DNA of 21,542 nt, taken from assembly GCA_049699855.1 (NCBI GenBank), contig JBNAWM010000012.1, positions 1 through 21,542 of the forward strand, read 5' to 3'. The notes under the pieces were generated by a model. That model saw only the letters and a list, made by a program, of their open reading frames with translations. It searched no databases and was not told the DNA's origin. Position 1 is the first letter of the stretch; each line of letters starts with the position of its first letter. A program made the translations under genes and the position numbers. Of this stretch, positions 1 to 6,730 are shown piece after piece. The stretch is from Candidatus Cryosericum sp. (lineage in GTDB: Bacteria; Caldisericota; Caldisericia; Cryosericales; Cryosericaceae).

Positions 1-41
1 GCTACGAAGCCTGTCGCTTCGGTGCCATCCGCAGAGAGTAA
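1..41 (+). CDS. 3' end of an upstream Fe-S protein, probably a NuoF/HydB-like NAD(P)H-binding partner subunit of the formate dehydrogenase (partial)
   Basis: Frame from base 3 reads YEACRFGAIRRE then TAA (39-41); with the cut codon xGC before it this fits the end of a ferredoxin motif (CxxxC-x-FGAI). Lies 21 nt before the FDH start. Confidence 0.65.
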   Translation, partial: YEACRFGAIRRE

Positions 42-62
42 ATCAGCCGGGAGGAGACCAGG

Positions 63-2783
63 ATGAGCGACGAAGTGATCAACATTACCATTGACGGGAA
101 AGCCTGCCAGGTTCCCGCGGGAACGACCATTCTGAATGCATGCCGCAGGACAGGGCACGCCATCCCCACACTCTGTTATCTCGAAGGCATTGCCGAGGAG
201 GGTTCCTGTGGCATGTGCGTGGTCGAGGTCAAAGGAGCGCGGACGCTGCAGAGAGCGTGTGTGACGAAGGTCACGGAGGGGATGGAGATCACGACGGACT
301 CCCCCTTCATCCACGAGGCGCGGCGCACCAATCTCGAGCTGGCCCTCGCTCACCACCCCCTGGATTGCATGACGTGCGATGCGGATGGCGACTGCGAGCT
401 GCAGGAACTCGCGTACGAGTTTGGCATCAAGAAGAGTGCATTTCTGGTGGAGAAGGAAGCCTTTGAGGCGCCCAAGGAGACCGCATGGGACACGAACCCG
501 TTCATTCAGTTCGATCCCCAGAAGTGCATCCTTTGCAGGCGGTGCGTGGACGCCTGCGAGAACCAGGCCCTCGTCGAGGCCATCGGTGTGGCCATGCGGG
601 GTTCGAACTCGGTTGTCTCCACCCCGTTCAACATTCCTCTGGAGGGAACGGACTGCCAGTTCTGCGGAGCCTGCGTGCAGGCATGCCCGGTTGGAGCGCT
701 GGTCGAGAAGCCGCGCATCGGCAAGGGGAAGATCTTCAACCTTGAGAAGACCAACACGGTCTGTTCGTATTGTGGCACCGGATGCAACCTCACGCTCTAC
801 CGGGACAAGCAGAATGACCTGGTCATGGCTCGCGGCATCACGACGGCACTGCCCAACCAGGGCAGGCTGTGCGTCAAGGGCCGGTATGGTTTCGAATATG
901 TGAACAGCGGCGAGCGGCTCACGACCCCCCTCATCAAGGAGAATGGCGCATTCAGGAGGGCGACGTGGGAGGAGGCTCTCGCTTACACCGCGGCAAAGCT
1001 GCAGGAGATCAAGGAGAAGTATGGTCCGGACGCCATCGGCGTGCTGGGCTCCTCCCGCTGCACCAATGAGGACAACTTTGCCGTGCAGAAGTTTGCGCGC
1101 GCCGTGCTTGGCACGAACAACGTGGACAACTGCGCGCGGTTGTGCCACGCGTCGACGATCGCCGGGCTGGGCAAGGCGCTTGGCGCTGCCGCGGCCACGA
1201 ATCCCGTGGAGGACATCAAGAACATCGATGTCATGTTCGTCATCGGGTCCAACATGACCGAAACCCATCCGGTGATTGCCCAGTTTGTGAAAGAGAACAA
1301 GAAGAAGCGCGGCGCAAAGCTCATTGTCTGCGATCCGCGCCGGACCGACCTTGCAAAGGTAGCTGATATCTATATTCAGCACTATCCAGGAACCGATGTG
1401 GCACTCCTGAACGGCATGATGAAGGTCATGGTCGACGAGGGCCTGATCAACAAGGACTTCATCGCAGCGCACACCGAGGGGTACGAAGAGTTCGCCAGGG
1501 TGGTTGCCGCATACGATCTTGAGATGGTTTCCCAGGTGACGCGCGTCGAGAAAGAGTTGATCCGCGCGGCTGCCCGTGCCTATGCTTCTGCCGCCAATGC
1601 CACGATCTTCTACACCATGGGCATCACCCAGCATTCCGTGGGCACCGACAACGTGCTGAGCATTGCCAACCTCGCTCTTGTCACCGGGCACATCGGCCGG
1701 GAGGGGAACGGGATCAACCCGCTGAGGGGACAGGCAAATGTTCAGGGCGCGTGCGACATGGGAGCTCTCCCTGACGTCTACCCAGGCTATCAGAAGGTGG
1801 CGGATCCTGCTGCCAGAGAGAAATTCGAGAAAGCGTGGGGCGTCTCCCTGTCCGACAAGCCGGGTCTTCCCGTGACCGAATTCGGAGAAGCGGCATTGGC
1901 AGGAAATCTCCGAGCCATCTATTCGATGGGGGAGAACCCGCTCATGACGGAGCCGGACATCACGCATGTCCGGAAAGGGCTGGAGGCGCTGGAGTTCCTC
2001 GCCGTTCAGGAGATCTTCCTCTCGGAGACGGCGGAGCTGGCGGATGTTGTCTTCCCAGCGGCAGCTGCCTATGAGAAGGAGGGGACCTTCACCAACACGG
2101 AGCGCAGAGTCCAGCTGCTCCGGCCGGCTCGGGAGATGCCGGGCGAGGCGAAGTTCGACTGGGAGATCGTCTCGCTCGTCGCCGCGAAGATGGGGTACCC
2201 CATGACCTACCGGAACGCGGCAGCCATCATGGACGAGATCGCCAGTCTCACCCCTTCCTACGGCGGAATCCACCACTGGCGTCTGGAGAAGGGCGGACTG
2301 CAGTGGCCCTGCCCTGCCGATGACCATCCCGGGACGAAGATTCTCCATTACGGCGGCGTCTTCAAGAGACCGAGCGGCAAAGCGCTCCTCAGCCCGGTCG
2401 AGTACATCGCGCCACGGGAGCTGCCGGATGCCGACTACCCGATCCTCCTCACCACGGGCAGGATCCTCTATCACTATCATTCGGGACAGGAGTCGCGGAA
2501 GGTGAAGGTTTTGGATGCCTTCGTTCCCAGCAACTATGTGGAGATCAGCAGCGAAGATGCCGCCCGTCTTCATGTTGCCCAGGGCGAGACCGTGAGAGTC
2601 TCCACCAGGAGGGGCAGCATCGACGTCCAGGCGCGCATCTCCGACAAGCCCATGCAGGGCGTCGTGTTCATCAGTTTTCATTTCCATGAGGCAAGTGCGA
2701 ATCTGTTGACGAATGCAGCGTTGGATCCGGTTGCAAAGATTCCGGAGTTCAAGGTTGCAGCGTGCCGGATCGACAAAATCTGA
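63..2783 (+). CDS. fdhF: Formate dehydrogenase alpha subunit (Mo/W-bis-PGD), cytoplasmic, Cys-ligated, with NuoG/HydA-like N-terminal Fe-S module
   Basis: SD GGAGGAG upstream. 2Fe-2S region (TLC..GSCGMC..RAC), HPLDCMTCDADGDC (HxxxCxxCx5C), CILCRRCVDAC, CQFCGACVQACP, CSYCGTGC..LCVKG, active site NVDNCARLCH, PLRGQANVQG, EKEGTFTNTERR, C-terminal PEFK. No Tat signal. Confidence 0.95.
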   Translation: MSDEVINITIDGKACQVPAGTTILNACRRTGHAIPTLCYLEGIAEEGSCGMCVVEVKGARTLQRACVTKVTEGMEITTDSPFIHEARRTNLELALAHHPLDCMTCDADGDCELQELAYEFGIKKSAFLVEKEAFEAPKETAWDTNPFIQFDPQKCILCRRCVDACENQALVEAIGVAMRGSNSVVSTPFNIPLEGTDCQFCGACVQACPVGALVEKPRIGKGKIFNLEKTNTVCSYCGTGCNLTLYRDKQNDLVMARGITTALPNQGRLCVKGRYGFEYVNSGERLTTPLIKENGAFRRATWEEALAYTAAKLQEIKEKYGPDAIGVLGSSRCTNEDNFAVQKFARAVLGTNNVDNCARLCHASTIAGLGKALGAAAATNPVEDIKNIDVMFVIGSNMTETHPVIAQFVKENKKKRGAKLIVCDPRRTDLAKVADIYIQHYPGTDVALLNGMMKVMVDEGLINKDFIAAHTEGYEEFARVVAAYDLEMVSQVTRVEKELIRAAARAYASAANATIFYTMGITQHSVGTDNVLSIANLALVTGHIGREGNGINPLRGQANVQGACDMGALPDVYPGYQKVADPAAREKFEKAWGVSLSDKPGLPVTEFGEAALAGNLRAIYSMGENPLMTEPDITHVRKGLEALEFLAVQEIFLSETAELADVVFPAAAAYEKEGTFTNTERRVQLLRPAREMPGEAKFDWEIVSLVAAKMGYPMTYRNAAAIMDEIASLTPSYGGIHHWRLEKGGLQWPCPADDHPGTKILHYGGVFKRPSGKALLSPVEYIAPRELPDADYPILLTTGRILYHYHSGQESRKVKVLDAFVPSNYVEISSEDAARLHVAQGETVRVSTRRGSIDVQARISDKPMQGVVFISFHFHEASANLLTNAALDPVAKIPEFKVAACRIDKI

Positions 2784-2799
2784 ACAGGGAGGAAGAGAG

Positions 2800-3648
2800 A
2801 TGGATCTACCGATGTTTACACCGCCTCAAGTTGCTGAGAAGCTGGGAGATGTCTGCCAGGGGAAATGCAGGCTCCCCATGAAGAGACTCTTCGTGCTGGC
2901 GATCCTTGCAGGAGCCTTCATTGCGTTTGGTGCACAGCTCTTCATCATTGTGGGTTCCGATGCAACGTTGGGATTTGGCTTCACGAGGTTCATGGGTGGA
3001 GCCGTGTTCAGCGTCGGGCTCATGCTGGTCGTGGTTGCCGGGGCGGAGCTCTTCACCGGGGACAATCTGATTGTCATCTCCGCACTGGAAAAAAAGGTAC
3101 GCTGGAGCGAGCTGCTGAAGGCGTGGGCAGCCGTGTACGTCGGCAACCTGATTGGCTCACTGCTCATTGCCCTTCTGCTCTACTGGTCGGGTCTGTGGAG
3201 CCTGAATGGCAATCTCGTGGGGGCTGCGGCACTGAAGATCGCCGGTGCCAAAGTTGGCCTGACGTTTGTCCAGGGGCTGGTCCGCGGCATCCTCTGCAAC
3301 TGGCTTGTGTGCCTTGCCGTGTGGATGGCAACTGCGTCCAAGGATATCATCGGCAAGCTGTTTGCCATTTTCTTCCCGATCATGGCCTTCGTTGCCTCCG
3401 GGTTTGAGCACTCGGTCGCCAACATGTTCTTCGTTCCGTACGGCATCCTGCTGAAGTCGGTCCCCAAGGTGGTCGAAGCAACCGGCAAAACCCTTGCTGA
3501 TTACGCCGGACTGAACTGGGGCACGCTGTGGACGAAGAACCTCATTCCCGTGACCATTGGCAACATCATCGGTGGCGCCTTCTTCGTGGGCTTCATCTAT
3601 TGGTTCGTGTACCTGAAGTTGGACGCAGAGCCAGCCAAATCCAAATAG
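2800..3648 (+). CDS. fdhC: Formate/nitrite transporter (FNT, FdhC/FocA family)
   Basis: Start moved to ATG 2800 after SD GGAGG. Motifs LAGAFIAFG, GAELFTGD, GNLIGS, GILCNWLVCLAVW, FVASGFEHSVANMF, VTIGNIIGG; about six hydrophobic helices. Confidence 0.93.
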   Translation: MDLPMFTPPQVAEKLGDVCQGKCRLPMKRLFVLAILAGAFIAFGAQLFIIVGSDATLGFGFTRFMGGAVFSVGLMLVVVAGAELFTGDNLIVISALEKKVRWSELLKAWAAVYVGNLIGSLLIALLLYWSGLWSLNGNLVGAAALKIAGAKVGLTFVQGLVRGILCNWLVCLAVWMATASKDIIGKLFAIFFPIMAFVASGFEHSVANMFFVPYGILLKSVPKVVEATGKTLADYAGLNWGTLWTKNLIPVTIGNIIGGAFFVGFIYWFVYLKLDAEPAKSK

Positions 3649-3850
3649 AGGCAGCCTCGGTTGAGGGTGCACGAGGTTCCACATGACACGACCAGGGAGG
3701 AACGCATGGAGTCGGATACGCAGGTAGGGTCGCCAGAGGTGGAGGTGACCCATGCCTTCGCCCCCGGCAGGCTCTGTGCGCATGGGCTGAAGGGATGAGG
3801 GATGTCGCTGGCACAGAGCGTCGAGATTCGTACCTGTGCGGAGACAGGAA

Positions 3851-4531
3851 ATGACAGAGCGCATTCCCCCGGGAACGGTTTCCAGGATGGCCATGTATCT
3901 GCGGTGTCTGAGGGACTTGGAGGAGCAGGAAAAGACAATTGTCTCGTCGCGCGAACTGGCACTCCTGCTCGGGGTGACCCCCGAGCAGGTGCGTCAGGAC
4001 TTCCTTATAGTAGGGTGTACCGGAAAATGTGGCGCAGGGTATGACGTTGTTCGGCTGAAGCACCGGATCGAGTGCTTCTTCGGTCGTGACGCAGGTCACC
4101 AGACGTGCTGCATGGTCGGCATGGGGAACCTTGGAAGGGCTCTTATCAGCAGTGAGATGGTGCAGGATTGGGGGTTCAGATATGTTGCTGCTTTTGATAC
4201 GGACCCTCACAGGATAGGGACGCGATTCCATGATATCCCCATATATGCCCTGTCTGAAATCAAAACAGTTGTCCGGCGGGAGCACATTGGCATCGGGGTC
4301 ATCACGGTTTGCGCGTCCTGGGCACACAGAGCTGCCCGGCTGCTCCGCGCAGCAGGGATCCGCGGTATCCTCAACTTCGCGCCCGAGGCTCTCAGGACAT
4401 TTGAGCAGACCCCGATCGTGTCGGTTGATTTCTCGCGGGAGTTTCTCAAGCTGGCGTTCTATATTCAGAGTGCTGAGAGCCGTTCTCAGGAGGAGCTGGC
4501 TCAGATTCAGGCAATGTCAGCGGGTGAGTAG
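3851..4531 (+). CDS. rex: Rex-family redox-sensing transcriptional repressor (divergent)
   Basis: Winged-helix N-terminus (IPPGTVSR..YLR.L..SSRELA..QVRQD..G.GYDV), Rossmann motif VGMGNLGRAL, AAFDTDP, GIRGILNFAP. ATG 3851 follows GGAGA. Confidence 0.85.
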   Translation: MTERIPPGTVSRMAMYLRCLRDLEEQEKTIVSSRELALLLGVTPEQVRQDFLIVGCTGKCGAGYDVVRLKHRIECFFGRDAGHQTCCMVGMGNLGRALISSEMVQDWGFRYVAAFDTDPHRIGTRFHDIPIYALSEIKTVVRREHIGIGVITVCASWAHRAARLLRAAGIRGILNFAPEALRTFEQTPIVSVDFSREFLKLAFYIQSAESRSQEELAQIQAMSAGE

Positions 4532-4546
4532 AACCTCCATCCTCCA

Positions 4547-5281
4547 TCAGAGAGCTATTCGCTCCGGGTGTGTATAGACGTTCATGCGACCTGCTCTGAC
4601 AAAAGCGACCAGTGTCAGATGAAGTCTCTCTGCAAGGAGAACTGCCTGAGCTGTCGTGGCACTTCGGGAAGCCAGGACCGGGATGCCTGCGCGAGCGGCT
4701 TGGACTACTGCCTGGGCCGGGATTCTTCCTGTTCCCAGAAGGACTGCGTGGCTGAGATCCCAGGAATGCAGCAGGGCATACCCGATTACTTTGTCCAATG
4801 CTGTGTGCCGGCTGATGTCTTCACAACAAAAGATGTTGTCTCCCTGTGACACGAGAGCCGCATGAACGCCTCCCGTGGCACTCCACACGGTAGCTCTGTG
4901 CTGCATTTCGTCGGCAAGCATCTGAATATGCGAAGGTGACACCATGACCTCGGAAATCAGGGGAGCAGGGTCCGTGCTCTCGTCTCCGGAAATACAGTCA
5001 ATTTCGGGTAATGATGCCGAACCGGGTCCTGGCGCATCTTCTGACAGGGTGAGAAAAGCTGATTGTGCCTCGGCTGTGGTCGAAAGGATCTGGTTGAAGC
5101 GGGCCCAGCCCTGAGAGACCGCGTGACCGACTGCCGCCGCTTCTGCCAGATCGCCTGAGCTTGCGATCTGCCCTGCGAATGTTCCATTGACGTAGATCGT
5201 TACGGGACGTTCCTCAATCACCTCGTCACTGCAGGCTGGGGAGACTCCACTGTGGCTGTATCTCAGCATTCTGATCATCAT
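4547..5281 (-). CDS. fdhD: Formate dehydrogenase accessory sulfurtransferase FdhD
   Basis: EERPVTIYVNG, TGGVHAA, EDISRHTALDKVIG, GRIP, SRSATTAQAV..A..LTLVAFVRAGRMNVYTHPERI. SD GGAGG 8 nt before ATG on the - strand. Confidence 0.88.
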   Translation of the reverse strand: MMIRMLRYSHSGVSPACSDEVIEERPVTIYVNGTFAGQIASSGDLAEAAAVGHAVSQGWARFNQILSTTAEAQSAFLTLSEDAPGPGSASLPEIDCISGDESTDPAPLISEVMVSPSHIQMLADEMQHRATVWSATGGVHAALVSQGDNIFCCEDISRHTALDKVIGYALLHSWDLSHAVLLGTGRIPAQAVVQAARAGIPVLASRSATTAQAVLLAERLHLTLVAFVRAGRMNVYTHPERIAL

Positions 5282-5346
5282 GGTCCGTGCCTCCGCGAGC
5301 TTTCCAGGAAACGGCAGAGTAGTACTGCTGGCCGTTCGTTCCGGAG

Positions 5347-5374
5347 TTGCATTTGAGCCCTACCAGGATATTAT
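5347..5374 (+). promoter_or_regulatory. Putative sigma70-type promoter for the xdh-family operon
   Basis: TTGCAT (5347-5352), 16 nt, TATTAT (5369-5374) in the AT-rich part of the divergent intergenic region. Confidence 0.55.
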
Positions 5375-5398
5375 ACAAGGGATTACCAGTACTGTTTA
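5370..5398 (-). promoter_or_regulatory. Putative sigma70-type promoter for fdhD
   Basis: Minus strand TAAACA (5398-5393), 17 nt, perfect TATAAT (5375-5370). Confidence 0.45.
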
Positions 5399-5411
5399 CG
5401 AGGAGGCCCTC

Positions 5412-6245
5412 ATGGGCAGGATCAGTGAATACTATCATGCGCAGTCGTTGGAGGACGCGTTTGAAAAAGCCAGTCAGCTGGGTTCGGCCGCTGCATACCT
5501 CGGGGGCGGCATAGAACTTGTACTCCGCCGCAATGCCGAGATCACGACGTTGATTGATCTTTCGCAGTGCGGGCTCAGCTATGTCACCGCGACTTCTGCC
5601 GGTGTCGAAATCGGTTCGCAGATGACGCTTGCGAAGATAAGCCGCAGCAGCGAGGTCCGGCAGTTCGCGGGAGGCTCTCTTGCCTACTGGGCTGGCCACA
5701 TTGCTCATAACAACGTTCGAGACATGATCACGGTCGGTGGAGTGATCGGGCGCAATCAACCATGGAATGATGTGGTCCCCCACCTCATTGCCCTTGGTGC
5801 CCAGGTACAGCTGTACGATGGAGCCGAGCGGAGTGTACCTCTTGTCGATTACATTGAGTCAAAGCAGGCAGGCGCCATTATCAAGAGCGTACTGCTGCCC
5901 AAGGAAAATGAACATGCCTCCGGATTCCTGTGGAGATTCACGCGTACTGAACAGGACATCTCGACACTGCACTTCTCTGCGCTTCTTAAGACGGATGGCA
6001 CTACCATTTCAGCGGCCAGCCTCGTTTTTGGAGGGCGCCCCGGGCATGCAGTGCTCTATCCTCAACTCTCGGCAGAGCTTGTCGGAAAGGCAGTGTCATA
6101 TGAGACATTCGCCCAGCTCTCAGAGCTTGCTCCAAACATCGTTGAGGTGGGGACCGACCAGCGCGCGACCGGAGAATATCGGCGTGAACTGGTCCACGCA
6201 GCTATCATCTATTGGGGAGAACACGTGACAGGGGTGACACAATGA
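5412..6245 (+). CDS. Xanthine dehydrogenase/CO dehydrogenase family FAD-binding (medium) subunit
   Basis: Start moved to ATG 5412 after SD GAGGAGG. SLEDA, YLGGGIEL, LIDLS, VEIGSQMTL, VRDMITVGG, DQRATGEYRREL. Confidence 0.88.
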   Translation: MGRISEYYHAQSLEDAFEKASQLGSAAAYLGGGIELVLRRNAEITTLIDLSQCGLSYVTATSAGVEIGSQMTLAKISRSSEVRQFAGGSLAYWAGHIAHNNVRDMITVGGVIGRNQPWNDVVPHLIALGAQVQLYDGAERSVPLVDYIESKQAGAIIKSVLLPKENEHASGFLWRFTRTEQDISTLHFSALLKTDGTTISAASLVFGGRPGHAVLYPQLSAELVGKAVSYETFAQLSELAPNIVEVGTDQRATGEYRRELVHAAIIYWGEHVTGVTQ

Positions 6246-6730
6246 CAATCAAGATAACGATCAATGATGTTGAGCGCACATTCGACGTTTTGCCAGACGA
6301 GGTTCTTCTGGACGTTCTGCGGCGGGAAGGGTACCTCGAAGTCAAAGGGACATGTCACACAGGTGATTGTGGAGCGTGCACCATCCTGCTCGACGGGCGC
6401 CCTGTGGCTTCGTGCCTGACATTGGCGGCCAAGGCTGATGGACATGCCGTGACAACGGTGCGAGGAATAGGAGATCAAGCTCATCCGAACGTTCTTCAGG
6501 ATGCATTTGTCAAGAATGGCGCTGTCCAGTGTGGGTATTGTATCCCTGGTGCAATCGCCTCCGCCAAGGCGTTGCTTGACGAGAACCTGAATCCCACGGA
6601 AGAAGATATCCGCCTTGCCATGGACAGCAACTACTGCCGCTGTACGGGGTATGAACAGCAGGTGGAAGCAGTTCTGAGTGCTGCCGAACAGCTGCGCGAG
6701 GCGGCGAAGGACAAGGTGTCAAAGAAATGA
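6242..6730 (+). CDS. Xanthine dehydrogenase family 2x[2Fe-2S] small subunit
   Basis: KGTCHTGDCGACT..SC and QCGYCIPG..NYCRCTGY. ATGA overlaps with both neighbours. Confidence 0.93.
   Translation: MTIKITINDVERTFDVLPDEVLLDVLRREGYLEVKGTCHTGDCGACTILLDGRPVASCLTLAAKADGHAVTTVRGIGDQAHPNVLQDAFVKNGAVQCGYCIPGAIASAKALLDENLNPTEEDIRLAMDSNYCRCTGYEQQVEAVLSAAEQLREAAKDKVSKK

Noticed and set aside
1143..1145. Selenocysteine at the FDH active site
   Set aside because: The codon is TGC (Cys) in ARLCH and the frame is uninterrupted.
1284..1300. Rex-box half site TTGTGAA
   Set aside because: It lies inside the FDH coding region and lacks the TTCACAA half.
3752..3850. TGA (Sec) read-through extending Rex or the 3706 small ORF
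   Set aside because: The extensions resemble no domain I recognise, there is no redox-type context or convincing SECIS, and the 3706 frame would overlap rex extensively.
5282..5411. Moco/tungsten riboswitch upstream of fdhD or xdh
   Set aside because: The predicted leaders are short and I cannot match the multi-stem Moco motif; an Rfam scan would settle it.
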